A stretch of 64,000 nucleotides of DNA from NCBI RefSeq assembly GCF_001194135.2, contig NC_068983.1, positions 164,239,461 to 164,303,460 on the forward strand, written 5' to 3'. Position 1 is the stretch's first letter. Each line of letters begins with the position of its first letter. The position numbers and the translations under genes were made by a program. Of the stretch, positions 11,608-24,599 are shown in pieces. Below the pieces are notes generated by a model, which worked only from the letters and a program-made list of their open reading frames with translations, was not told the DNA's origin and did no database searches. The DNA is from Octopus bimaculoides. Lineage: Eukaryota.

Positions 11608-14600
11608 ATATAAACAAATTTATGCAACAGTAAAACGTATTGAATAACATCTTGACGTAAAAACAAACATTAATGTCCATACATCATGTATATAGATATA
11701 CATATATATTTAGATGTGTGTCTGTGTGCATGTGTGTGTATATATATATACACACACACAAGCGCTCTAATATATACACACATACACTTATGTATACACA
11801 CACTCATATATATATATATATATGTATAGCTACTATATGTAAAAATTGTGTTTGTGTATATGTGTGTATCTATCTATATGTGTGTGCATATATATATCAT
11901 CATTTAGCGTCCACCTAAACAATGACGACGATGATGATACATATATATATACACACACACGCACACACATATAGATATATACATATATACATTTATATGT
12001 AATGATAGATGTGTGTGTGTGTTTGTGTGTGTGTGTGTGCATAACTGACACCCACCACGATATCATTATTAACCTCTTTTTCTTGATCACTATATTTCAT
12101 AATTTTTGTGATGCTCATTACTAACATCATCATCATCATCCTCATCATCAACACCACTACCCCTGCCACCGCCACTCCACCACCGCCACCCCACCACCCA
12201 CCATCACCACCACCACCACCATCATTATCATCATTTTTTTTCCCTCTCTTATTCAATAACCACATTTCCATTTTTCCCTACCTTTGCACTTTTATTAATA
12301 TTCCCTCCACAGCCAACATCGCCAAGTGATTTGCTGGCCACGAACACAATGCCTATTGTTAAACCACTGAATCGATTGCCAAACTTTAGAGCAAAATATG
12401 TCTTCATGTAAGGGGCTTTTCAACATAACAATACCTTTTGACGAGATTGTATCTTGTATCCAAATTCACTTCTGGTAAAATTTGTTGGCACCATGATTGC
12501 AAAATTTTCCTGCCAGCACTTACACTGTTATGCTGTGCAAAATCACTTCCTGCAAATATAATTCAGAAATAAGAAAAATATATTACAGCATTGAAATAGG
12601 TTTTGTGTTGGTGTGATGATGGGAAGCTGTTTAAATTTAGCATGAAAGAAAATAATAGTGAGGTTGAAGTATTGAGACACTGACTAAATAATCATGAATA
12701 CAAGCTAGCTTTATCTCTTGTTGTCTTCTTGTATCATTGGGGATTATAAAAAAACGGATTATTATATCCCTGGGGATTATACATAAGTCTGCTTGTTTCA
12801 GATTTTCTTTTCTAGTGGTAGACATCGGATATATTGGTAATTCGTTGTGGGTTGGTTTGCTATAAAGAGGGGTGTCAAGTTCTGGTGGCTTGAAGAAAAT
12901 GTAAATTATTTGCATGTGCAAACTCCATCTCAGTTATACGAACAGCAGAAAAATAAACGTGAGCAATAGATTAAATACAGAGGTATTTGCATGTGTGTGT
13001 GTGTACATACATGTAAAACATGGAAAAACTTTCCAGAAGTTTAGCATTATAAGTCCATAAGCACACGTATCGATATGAAACTATAGGTATGGGCAAACAT
13101 ATATATATATATATATATATATGGAAGAAAACGTAAAGAATTGCACATGCACTGGTGCAAATGCTTGCATGTAGACACATATACATGTGCACCTGCCCTG
13201 TTGGTTTTGTTGTATTTCCAATGAAGGTGTCTTGGAGCTGAGAAACTAATTCTATGTTGGTAAGAAATCCAGAAATGAATCTAAATGATTATATAAATAC
13301 TTAAACACTCATTCATACATATTCTCACTCCTGTACACACTCATTCATGTATACACATACATACATACACCCATATGTACACACATACATACATATATGC
13401 ATGCATACAGGCATACATACATACATACATACGCAAAAGAGAAAGTTAATCCGAAGACTTCAGATCCAATCCCTGACTGAAACTGCAAAAAATCTGTAAA
13501 ACTTTCTAGAAGTTTATCATTACATAAGAGCATGTCTAGATATGTAACGATATGCATGAGAATACATCCATAAAACATACAAATCTGCACATACATACAT
13601 GCATACATACATACATGCATACATACATACATACATGCATGCATACATAATTTTAAATGAAAGAGGCCATGCGTACATACATGTAAAAAAAAATTTGTAA
13701 AACCTTCTGAAACTTAACCTGTAAGTCCACATGCACATGTATAGACATGGAACTAGATGTGAGTATTCATGCATAAAACATACAGATCTGCACACATGCA
13801 TTGCAGTGATGCCAAACACCTGCACATATACACACATGCATGCACATCTGCCCTGTTGATGTTTTTGAAATTCCATTGAAGGAGTCTTAGATCTAAGTTA
13901 GAAAATAACCATTTCTCCATTGGCGAAATATCAAGAAATAAAACTAAACAACAGCATTCCTATATATTTATACAGATGATCGATGAGTGCAGTCACATGT
14001 TTGGCATAGCAGACTATTCTTTGAATACACAATGGATACCATCTTAAGTGTGTTAATGCAACAAGTATCAGCCTGGTTAAATAAATGGTTAGTCTTCCGA
14101 TAATATTCAGCAGAGAAACTTTTTATTCAAAATCGTGTGGATATTCATCCTTAACATGGATTTACCAAGCAGGCATCTGCTATGAACATCTTGATGAGAA
14201 GTGAATTGACAACCATGAACGCTTTTATTGAGAAAGGTATATAAAATTCTTTAGGTTGTAGCTACAACAGAAAGAATCGTTAGCTATAAAATACATTTTT
14301 CTTGCATTAATGAAGCCAGTAATGAGCTACTTAATTGCTATAAAATGGCAAAAGAAGATTCCTTTGTTAGGGTTTTGAAAAGAATGAAATGATGCTGGAG
14401 AAGGCTGCATCCAGAACTAAAATATTTTATGACAAAAGGAAAGTCGGTTATGATAATTTTTCTTGATAAATATTTTTAATGCAAAAGTTGTAAATACTGT
14501 ACAAAAAAACCCCTCAAAGTTATTCTCCTAAATAAGACATGCCTTGAATAACAATCCTGGCCCTCACTGCTGTACTATGCTGTCTCACTCAGTCTGGTTG

Positions 14601-14842
14601 ACATTGGTGCTTTACCATTTTGTAAGCAAGCTTGATGTTCACAATAAGTTGTCTGTCAACCCTAATGGAAACAACAACAACAACAGCAAAAGAGAGACAA
14701 CAAGATGGAAGAGAAAAGTGTATAAACATTTAAAGTGAAATCTTTCAAGAGAAGATCCCTGCATTTTTATTCCCCACTCCCATCCACCCATCATTGCAAA
14801 CCACTGCATCTGTCTTGTCGTCACTGTCATTATCATGTAATT

Positions 14843-15085
14843 CTTCTATTTGTTTCAGTCATTTGACTGCGGCCGTGCTGGAGCACCGCCTTTTTAGTTG
14901 AACAAATCGACCCTAGGACTTATTCATTGTCAGCCTAGTACTTATTCTATCGGTAACTTTTTGCTGAACTGCTAAGTTACGGGGGAACTAAACACACCAA
15001 CATCTATTGTCAAGTGATGGTGGGGGGACAAACACAGACTCACAAACATATACATACATACATACATATATATATATATATACAT
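14843..15085 (-). mobile_element. SINE family A 3' half (others at 15602-15775 plus and 31385-31625 minus)
   Basis: TGTTTCAGTCATTTGACTGCGGCCGTGCTGGAGCACCGCC...GGACAAACACAGAC. Confidence 0.8.
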
Positions 15086-15086
15086 C

Positions 15087-15242
15087 ATTTACATTATTTA
15101 CATTATTTATATTTGACGGATATTTGTCCCCATCTTGTTTGTTGTTAACACAATGTTTCAGCTGATATACCCTCCAGCCTTCGTCAGGTGTCTTGGGGAA
15201 ATTTCGAACCTAAGTTCTCATTCCTAAGGTATTTTTCGATGA

Positions 15243-15297
<55 letters not shown>

Positions 15298-15363
15298 TAT
15301 TCAGGTCACTGCCTGGCATCAAACTCGGAATCTTGGAGTTAGTAACCAGTACGCCATATGCCC
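15087..15363 (-). mobile_element. tRNA-head/(AAT)n/hammerhead element, minus-strand copy
   Basis: Reverse complement of the 35266-35603 element, including the (TGTAAATAA)n tail, the (TTA)n spacer and a partly deleted head. Confidence 0.85.
15147..15192 (-). ncRNA. Minimal hammerhead motif (family 1), slightly decayed
   Basis: The reverse complement reads GACAC CTGACGA A GGCTG GAGGGTATAT CAGCT GAAA C ATT GTGTT. Stems II and III each carry one CpG-type transition. Confidence 0.65.
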
Positions 15364-15369
15364 ACGAAC

Positions 15370-15446
15370 ACATGGCGTAGTGGTTAAGAGCATGGGCTAC
15401 TGACCCAAGATTCTGAGTTCAATTCCAAGCAGTGACTTTAAAAATT

Positions 15447-15477
<31 letters not shown>

Positions 15478-15544
15478 TGAAAGATACCTTAGGAATGAGA
15501 ACCCAGGTTCAAAATTTCCGCAAGACACTTGATGAAGGCTGGAG

Positions 15545-15548
<4 letters not shown>
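15370..15548 (+). mobile_element. tRNA-head/(AAT)n/hammerhead element, plus-strand copy truncated at (TA)n and a gap
   Basis: CATGGCGTAGTGGTTAAGAGC...GAGTTCAATTCC head, then (AAT)n, then GATACCTTAGGAATGAGAACCCAGG...GACACTTGATGAAGGCTGGAGGGTATA. Confidence 0.8.
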
Positions 15549-15582
<34 letters not shown>

Positions 15583-15782
15583 NNNNNNNNNNNNNNNNNN
15601 NTGTCTGTGTTTGTCCCCCCACACCATTGCTTGACAACCGATGTTGGTGTGTTTATGTCCCTGTAATAGTACTAGGTTTACAAAGAATAACTGCTGGGCT
15701 TGATTTGTTTGACTAAAGGCAGTGCTCCCACATGGCCACAGTCAAATGACTGAAACAAGTAAAAGAATAAAGGAATATACAC

Positions 15783-16075
15783 ATCATCATCATCATCATT
15801 TAACATCCGCTTTCCATGCTGGCATGGGTTGGATGGTTTGACTGAGGACTGGCAAGCCAGAAGGCTGCACGAGGGCCAGTCAGGTGGTACTGGCATTGGC
15901 TATGCTCAAATGGTGCTTTTTATGTGCCAACTGCACAGGAGCCAGTCTGGTGGCACTGGCAACGACCACTCTCAAATGGTGCTTTTTTTACGTACCACCA
16001 GCACGGGAGCCCTTCCTAACATACCAACCCCTTTACAGAGTGTGTTGGGTGCTCTTAGTTGGCACTGCATCGGCA
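15783..16075 (-). mobile_element. RTE 3' tail copy
   Basis: (CAT)n, TTTAACATCCGCTTTCCATGCTGGCATGGGTTGG, and two 65-bp units. Confidence 0.8.
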
Positions 16076-18452
16076 CTTTTACATGCATAAACACACACAT
16101 ACACACACACATATACATCCAAACATATACACACATCATTATTAAGAACAGCTGCCCTAAAAAATGATTTAGAGCATTATCTTTATGCCACATTACTTTT
16201 CTTTGATGCCGTGGTGGACTTGAGTCATGAAAGAAGAACTTATAACATAGTGCCATCTTCACTTGTTGTCCTATCTTCTGCTAAGTGCAGTGCACAATGG
16301 TCACAGCATGCTTTCAAACACATGATAATTTACTCAGCAGCCAAGTCTACCTTGGTTACATCATGTGTGCATGTAGCTAATTTATGCTTCCATTTAATCT
16401 CGAACTGAAGTTATCTCATGGAGAGATTATTGTCTACAGTTCAGTTGCTTTGCAAAACTGAAATATTGATAATAAACATCTTAAATTGAATAACCATTAG
16501 CTAATTAATTAATTAAAATGTTTTTAAATATCACACATTAAATATTAAATAGAGTCAATTGGTTGACGCTTTTAATTAACAAATGTAGATTTCAATGGCT
16601 GATTAACCGTACTGAGTAGTCAAATTAAACTGAAAGTTGTGGCGTGCAAACATTTAACCAAGAAATTTTAGTGAAATGTCACAGAGAGATAAACAGGAAT
16701 TATGTCATCATTTTGGCTCATTGAGAACTTATTTACAGTTAGCTGCGGTCCTTTATATCACTAAGTAATGGTTGTTTTATCACAGAATGTCATTAACACT
16801 TTTGATGCCAATCCATTTGGGAACCCCTCCCTTCCCTGGTTTCATGACAAACTTCTTGGTTTAGAGTAATTAAATGTAAGTCTTTCATTAAGATTTCATG
16901 TTAATTTATGCTCCAAGAATCAGCTTGATAAACATGAAGTTATTCTTTTATTCCTTTATCAGTTTCAGCTTGAGAGCTGTGGCCATGCTGGGGCACCACC
17001 CTTAGCTTTGCTACACTTTTATTACTTGTAAAACTCCTCTGATATGTGGAATATGATAGCTGAGGGAGTTTTAAGTTGCTGCCCTCATACACATTTCGTG
17101 CCACGAGGTAGGTTCATCCGAAACTCTTGACTGGAGGAGATCCAGTTCTGTTTTGAAGACAACTACACAAACCTCATGTGGGTCTCTCAGGTTTTTTGGG
17201 ACAAAGGACTGAGATGCCTGGTGTCTCACTGTACTCAAGAAGACACATACTCTGCAGTAGAGGTGTTAAGACAGGCCCCTCTAGTAGTCCCACATGTATT
17301 CTCTGATCTATCCCCATTCAAAGAAAGAACCAAAGATACAAAGGCATGTATTCCAGTCTTCAATAAAATCAAATATTGTATTTCCATTTTTGGTAATTGT
17401 TGTAACTCAGGGGAGCCATGTTTAAAATTAAAACTGTGCTGAAATTTAAAATCTTAGCCATTGGGAAAAACTACAAAAAGATTCTTTCAAAGTGGATGCA
17501 CTGCAAAGGTACGCGAGTGAAAATAGCATTGGTTGTATTTAGAATCTCAAAATATCTTAGAAATACTATTTAAATGTGTGGCATATATATATATCGCTTG
17601 TCTGAAATGTGTTAGATAGCTCAAGATCCTTATCAAAAATAACAGCAGTCATTACACACACACATGCATGTATATGCACATATATATACACATGTACATT
17701 CGTACATACAGACACATGCATGAACACCCAGACATGCACATACATAAATTCATACATACTCATATATACATACACTCACTGATATACACACATGCAAATA
17801 CACAACCCCCCCCACACACACACACACACACAAATAGGATCATGGTGTTTGCCTTTCTACAGAATTCAAATTAAATATTTATTAGAACTAAAAACAAAAC
17901 AATAACAAAAAGACTGACTGACAAGAATTCCTGAATGGATAAACTTTCTTGGAGTCCCAGGGGAAGAGATCAAATAGAAATATTTTCTCAGACTAGACAT
18001 TTTTGGAATAGGAAATGCAAACTTAATCTGTATTCTTTCTAAAAGATTTTGTCCTCATCAGAACTTGCTCCAAGCTGAAAACTTTATTAACACTACCATC
18101 AACTTAAATCCTGGTTGATTCTTTGAATAAAAACAGATCTCTTGGATTTTGGATTTTGGAGTGGCTTCTTGTGTTGCCATTTTTAGGTTAGCATCACACT
18201 TTAAAACGACTCTAGGAGATCAAATCTGTATTTAAAGCAACCCCGTGAACTGGGGTACACATTGCGAAAGTGTTCTGTCGCTGAAAGTACAAGGAATTTC
18301 TGGCAAGTTAGCATTCTTGACATACCATGAGCTTATTCAACAAAACATTACATACATACATACATACATACATATATACATACATACTTACGTGCACACA
18401 CACACACACACACACACAAATACATACATACATAGATACAAAAATATGAACA

Positions 18453-19180
18453 AGAAAGGAAGGTGGTAGAGGCCTGGGATCAGTGCAGATGACTGTTGAA
18501 TGCCGTATGGTATCACTCAAGTAGTGCCTGCTAAACAACAGCAGCAAAAATGAATATATTAATGCAGTCCTGAAAAGTAAAGGGAGACACATTGTACGAG
18601 TTGGCAGTGAACTCCTCAAGAATCACTCTCTTCTTGATGATGCCCTATACAGCCCCAAAACAGCTGGGCTCTCTTACCTCAGAGAAGACCTGGATGGAAA
18701 GCACTCAGCATACAAAAAAAGAAAGACTATGCATGGGTATGTTAACCGGAAGCTTGAAGAAAACAGTAAAATTGACACGAAGCTCAGCCTCTCTTGGACA
18801 CAAGACCACTACATCACATCATGCTTTGAAGGCTATGCGTTTGCAATCCAAGAACAGGAGATTTCCACAAAGTACCTGGTGAACAAGAGAGACAGTGGTG
18901 CTTTTGCAATCCCAAGGTGCAATTGCATGTGTAGACTATGTCATGTTTCTGTGGAAGACATCATACATGTGATTAGCAGCTGTCCTAAAATGTCATCATG
19001 GTACTAGCTCCCTATGTGGCACAATGTTGTCGCTAAAACAATTTACAATACCATCTGCAAAAAAGACTGTCCTGAAATGAACTTAGAAAATCTCTTTGTT
19101 ATGGAATACATTCATAAACACCAACTCAAGGAATACTGGTGGAATATTCCCATCAAAACTTCTGTCGAATGTAAACATAT
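18453..19180 (+). pseudogene. RLE-clade (R4/Dong-like) non-LTR retrotransposon C-terminal region
   Basis: One frame of ~240 codons with only two stops: RKEGGRGL, EGYAFAIQEQEISTKY, CCHC knuckle CRLCHVSVEDIIHVISSC, WHNVVAK (RHD-like), YWWNIPIKTSVECKH. It is cut off by a SINE. Confidence 0.85.
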
Positions 19181-19182
19181 CA

Positions 19183-19335
19183 GGCACAGGTGTGGCTATG
19201 TGGTAAGAAGCTGGTTTCTCAGCCACATGGCTCTGGGTTCAGTCACATTGCATGGCACTTTAGGCAAGTGGCATCGAAAGCCCTGTGAGAGGGTTTATTA
19301 CATGGAAACTGAAAGAAGCCCATCATATATGTACA

Positions 19336-19372
<37 letters not shown>

Positions 19373-20075
19373 GTGCGTGTGTTTGTGTGTTTGTGTGTTT
19401 GTGTGTGTCCCCTACCCAACAGCTTGACAATTGGTGTTGGTGTGTTTCTGTTCCCATAACTTGGCAGCTCAGCAAAAGAGATCAATCGAAGAAGTAACAG
19501 GCTTAAGAAAAGAAAAATAAGTGCTGGGGTCGATTCAGTCAACTAAAATCTCTCAGGGCAGTGCTCCAGCATGGCCGCAGTCTTATGAGTGAAACAAGTA
19601 AAAAATAAAAGACGAAAGATAAAAAAAATAGAAGATATATTAATTAATTTGCTTGTTAGCATCGGTTTCTTGAGTACATCTATAATTATTTTCTTAGGAG
19701 TGGCTGCATTGCACCTTGGGCAAGTGTCTTCTACTATAGCCTCGGGCCGACCAAAGCCTCGTGAGTGGATTTGGTAGATGGAAACTGAAAGAAGCCCGTT
19801 GTGTATATATATGTGTGTGCATGTGTGTATGTGTGTGTGTGTGTGCGTGTGTGTGTGCGTGTGTGTGTGTGTGGGTGTGTGTGTGTGTGTGTGTGTGTGT
19901 GCCTGTGTTTGTTCCCCCCCACCCCACACTGATGCTGGTGTGTCTATGCCCGACAGAATAAGTAATAAGCTTACAAAGAATAAGTCCTGGGGTCGATTTG
20001 TTTGGCTAAAAGGCAGTGCTCCAGCATGACCGCAGTCAAATGACTAAAATAAGCGAAAGAATAAAAGAATAGATA
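19183..20075 (+). mobile_element. Two tandem SINE family A copies (19183-19635 and 19695-20075)
   Basis: Same head, body, (TG)n and tail organisation. Confidence 0.85.
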
Positions 20076-20389
20076 CACACCCTGTGATATGTATGAATTA
20101 ATGATTTGGAATATGTTGAAGACTTCTCCTAAATTCCAATTCTATTGATATTTTGTGCCATTTCTTTTTTTGTCAAAATTATGTTATCTTTTGTGAGAAT
20201 GAGTTGAGGTGATAATGTGCCTTAGGGTCTGTTGAGAGGAGTTGAAAGGGCCTGTTGTTCCCAAGTGGAATTGGTAGCTTAAATTACCAAAGGAATAACT
20301 GATTAGGCTTATTAGAATCCCTTTTGTGTGGCAGGCGTGATGAGGAGGAGGAAGCTGCATTAAGTATTTATTTAACAATAATCTTCTGT

Positions 20390-21098
20390 GAAAGAGAGAG
20401 AGAGAGGAGAAACAGGGAGGGATAGAGAGAGAGAGAGGAGAAACAGGGAGGGATAGAGAGAGAGAGAGGAGAAACAGGGAGGGATAGAGAGAGAGAGAGG
20501 AGAAACAGGGAGGGATAGAGAGNNNNNNNNNNNNNNNNNNNNNNNNNNNNNNNNNNNNNNNNNNNNNNNNNNNNNNNNNNNNNNNNNNNNNNNNNNNNNN
20601 NNNNNNNNNNNNNNNNNNNNNNNNNNNNNNNNNNNNNNNNNNNNNNNNNNNNNNNNNNNNNNNNNNNNNNNNNNNNNNNNNNNNNNNNNNNNNNNNNNNN
20701 NNNNNNNNNNNNNNNNNNNNNNNNNNNNNNNNNNNNNNNNNNNNNNNNNNNNNNNNNNNNNNNNNNNNNNNNNNNNNNNNNNNNNNNNNNNNNNNNNNNN
20801 NNNNNNNNNNNNNNNNNNNNNNNNNNNNNNNNNNNNNNNNNNNNNNNNNNNNNNNNNNNNNNNNNNNNNNNNNNNNNNNNNNNNNNNNNNNNNNNNNNNN
20901 NNNNNNNNNNNNNNNNNNNNNNNNNNNNNNNNNNNNNNNNNNNNNNNNGAAACAGGGAGGGATAGAGAGAGAGAGAGGAGAAACAGGGAGGGATAGAGAG
21001 AGAGAGAGGAGAAACAGGGAGGGATAGAGAGAGAGAGAGGAGAAACAGGGAGGGATAGAGAGAGGGAGAGGAGAAACAGGGAGGGATAGAGAGAGAGA
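20390..21098. repeat. ~30-bp purine-rich minisatellite (GAGAGAGAGGAGAAACAGGGAGGGATAGA) spanning an N gap
   Basis: Near-identical units on both sides of the 20523-20948 gap. Confidence 0.9.
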
Positions 21099-21484
21099 AA
21101 TGTTCTGAAGATTTTCTATTAAGTTTAGGAACCAATCAAGAACAAAAGTAGGACGAGAAGAACAGATTAATGAGTGCAGAACATCATAGATTTTCTATGA
21201 CTATTTTTTTTTCTAATCTTCTTTTTCTTCATTGCACTGCAATATAAAGTTTGATTTAGAGGTCACATGTTAGATACACACACACATATGCACGCACACA
21301 CACACATATTGGTATTTTCAGTTGATAACTGATGAAGAATTAGGGTCCTTGTGTCTGTCCTACATGTACATTTGTAGTATTTAATGCATTTTTCATTTAT
21401 GGTATAACAGAACACCACACATTCTGACCTTTGTTAATAGTAAGTTTATATATATATACATATATATATGTCAGTACTACTGAC

Positions 21485-21660
21485 CTCGCCTGTGCTTGTG
21501 CCATGTAAAATGCACTAAGTCCCACTCTGCTGAGTGGTTGGTGGTAGGAAGGGCATCCAGCTGTAAAAACCCTTACCAAAAACAGTTACAGAAGTCTGGT
21601 GCAGGCTTCTGCCTGGCCATCTCCTGTCAAACTGTCCCACCCATGTCAGCATGATGATGT
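21485..21660 (+). mobile_element. RTE 3' tail copy
   Basis: GAGTGGTTGGTGGTAGGAAGGGCATCCAGCTGTAAAAAC...CCCATGTCAGCATG. Confidence 0.7.
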
Positions 21661-21672
21661 ATGTATGTATGA

Positions 21673-21714
<42 letters not shown>

Positions 21715-22339
21715 AAAAGTAACAACGAAAGACTGAGACCTCAATGTTAGACAAATAATGGATTGCTTATATATGTTATAACTTAGAACAAGCAGTAAAA
21801 GGTTGTCATTATGGTACTCAGAGTTTTGAATGCCGGAGCAAAGAGCTACAATGCATTCTCATTTGCAATGGCAACAGACGCTATGAAAAAAAAACTGTTA
21901 AATATAAGGGAAGTAACCCTAATAGGTGGGAAAAGGAAAAAGATAAAAAATGCACGCAACCATATTCTCACAATACATAGACATAAACCTCCTGTGTTGA
22001 CAACGTCTACATATGCACACATTCACACAAACATGAGTACGTACATGCACATACACACATAAACATATATGTATGTACTTACTCATAAATACATACATAT
22101 CCACACACACACACACACACATGTATATATATATATATATATATATATATCTACATATACGAACACAACCACATCCTCATACACACAGGTGCTTAGGTGC
22201 ATACACGTAACATAATACATATATATTTTTAGACATTTATACGTATAAATATCTGTATATATATATACGCAGACATACATTCACACTCCCACACTCCAGG
22301 AAGGAACATCTGCATCTAAATGCTGGAATTCATTCTGAT

Positions 22340-23624
22340 GTCTTTGAACAGTGCTCAATTCAGATGGTTTGTGGGAGGCTGGTGGAGATAGTGGTGAAAC
22401 CCTGGCTGGAGAGGGTTGCTGTTTGAAGGCCATATGTGTGGCAGCAGGATTTGGCTTCTTGCCATACTTTCAGAAAGATTCAGAAGTGGTTGCTAGAGAA
22501 TTTCTACAACTCCACCAGTGCCAATCCCCTCAATTGTAATCCATGGATTACAATGTGTGGGTTGTGGGTGAGAAAGATGCCTACTGCTCTGCCAATGTCA
22601 GGTCGCTCTTTAGCACTACTGGTTACATGTAACCCAGTAGAACCTGTCACATGGTTGGGTCGTCAGCGACTAAACTGGCAGCTCCATCAAGCTTGCTTGG
22701 TGAGGAGAAGGATTGTTGGACACCCCGTGGAACGAAAAATAAGACCTGTCAAAGGGCAGAAGAACTACAGTGTAGTCAACAGCCAATTCAACAAGTACCT
22801 TATCATGGTGAAGTGCCTGTGTGCTCCATTGACCCAGGGAGCTATGCTGGAGGAAGAGAACTCTTCAGGCAGGTCTTACTGGGCCAGACAGGTCGAAGGG
22901 TAGGAAACAGACAAAATCTTAACCATTAGAGGAGTAAACTTCAATGACAATAAATCGAAGCATCAGCAGCAGGACGTGGATTTAGCTATCGGCGGGACCT
23001 AACAGATCAGATTCATGGCTTTGAACGAACAGAATGTCATGCTGAAGATCTTGAATACAAAACAATGGATGAGACCCTAATATTCCTAGTTAGATGGAAA
23101 CTTCAGGACCACATAGAACAGTGCCCTGTGACTCCTATAGTATGCACAACCAAAACCCCTATAAATCCATGCAGCACCAGGGTTAGAGCCCCTGACTCAG
23201 ACATTCCAGATGTTTAAGCAAGTCGCATAAAGACTGATGAAGGTACTTTTTTAAATCCAACTGGAAGAGAAGAAGCTGCTAGTGGGATGGGAGGAGTCAA
23301 ATTTTGGGGTCTCCTGAGGGACGACCAAGATAAATAGATAGATAGTCTGCCTGCAACACTAAAGATGAGTTGGTGGCCAAGATCAATAAGGTGTTTGAAG
23401 ATCTTCCCAGAGAGGAATGTATGCACCAGGTCCTGGAGCCACCTTGAGGCCATGATGGGAGCTGGGGGCAGCTGCTTTCAGTAAATTGTTATCCCCCCCA
23501 CCACCACCACCAGCCATAATCCAGTTGAAACGTTTTCATGATTTAAAATACTTTTATTTTTGGACGGAATATTGTGTTTCCTTTTCTTTTTATACAAACT
23601 GTTGAATTTAATCCAAACACACTG
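22340..23624 (+). pseudogene. Tc1/mariner DD37D (maT)-type transposase 3' fossil, split by a 752-bp insertion
   Basis: Left part reads VVKPWLERVAV*RPYVWQQDLASCHTFRKIQKWLLENFY..CNP/MDYNVW. It resumes at 23346 as SACNTKDELVAKINKVFEDLPRE and ends ...CACACTG|TA at 23624. Confidence 0.75.
22594..23345 (+). mobile_element. Internally deleted RTE-like element with TCTGCC target-site duplication and (GATA)n tail
   Basis: TCTGCC occurs at 22588-22593 and 23346-23351. The tail is GATAAATAGATAGATAG. The 5' part resembles RTE 5' UTRs (from memory); the 3' part has a decayed RWKL.DHI..RGRP-like motif. Confidence 0.6.
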
Positions 23625-24002
23625 TACACATTTGTGTGTGCATGTATGTGTGTGTGTGTGTTTGTGCATATGTGTGTGCATGTGTGTATGTGCATGTGTA
23701 TGTGTGTGTGTGTGTATGTCTTCTTGTCTTGGCATTGCCTAATAGTTGTAAACGAGTGTCACTGTTATACAAGCAGTGTCATTCATTTCCAATATTCTTC
23801 TGTGAAACATGTCAGCCACCTGGAAGTATGACCTTTCTTTGAAGCAGTTGTGGATTGGCCCCCAGAGACAATTTGCCTCTTTGAATTCTGTCCGACTCAT
23901 GAAAGCATAGAAAAATGTGGATATTTAATTGATGATGATGATGACGGTGCTGTTGATGACGATGGTTTTTAATTGATGATGATGATGATAATGATGGTAA
24001 TG

Positions 24003-24034
<32 letters not shown>

Positions 24035-24599
24035 AATGATGAAGATGATGGTGTTAATGAAGATGATGATGATGGTGTTGTCAATGATGATGGTGTTGTT
24101 GATGATAATGATGATGAAGATGATGAGGATGAGGATGATGGTGATGATAACGGTGATGATGTGATGGTGGTGATAATGATGATGATGATGATGATGATGA
24201 TGATGGTGGTGATAATGATGATGATGATGATGATGGTGGTGTTAATGATTATGATGGTGATGATAATGACGATGGGGATAATGGTGACGGTGATAATGAT
24301 GATGATGATGATGTGGGTGTTGATAATGGTGATGATAGATACAGCAATTACTGCTGATGTCAGTCTTTTTTTTCTCTCCCTCGCCTCCCTCTCCTCACTC
24401 CCCTTCCAGGTTGCTCTCCGTTGATAACTCTCTATTTCTTTCTGTGCAAACTGCTTCTTCTTTTTTTTTTTCTTTCTTTCCTCATGCCAAATGAAAACGT
24501 TTATAAATGTACATGCGTGCTCTTTATATATTCACCTCTTTGATTATAATGTCTGGCATAGCTTGCTTTTATTTCCTTGTTGGTCTGGAATTACATGAA

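Noticed and set aside
17176-17442. 88-aa ORF in non-repetitive sequence
   Set aside because: No recognisable domain or splice context on either strand; the length is compatible with chance.
22601-22700. HDV-like ribozyme at the 5' end of the RTE insert (P1-like GGTCGCT/AGCGACT with a G-U pair)
   Set aside because: I could not place P3, L3, P1.1 or a J4/2 cytosine in the required order, and twister motifs are absent. Kept only as a structured end.
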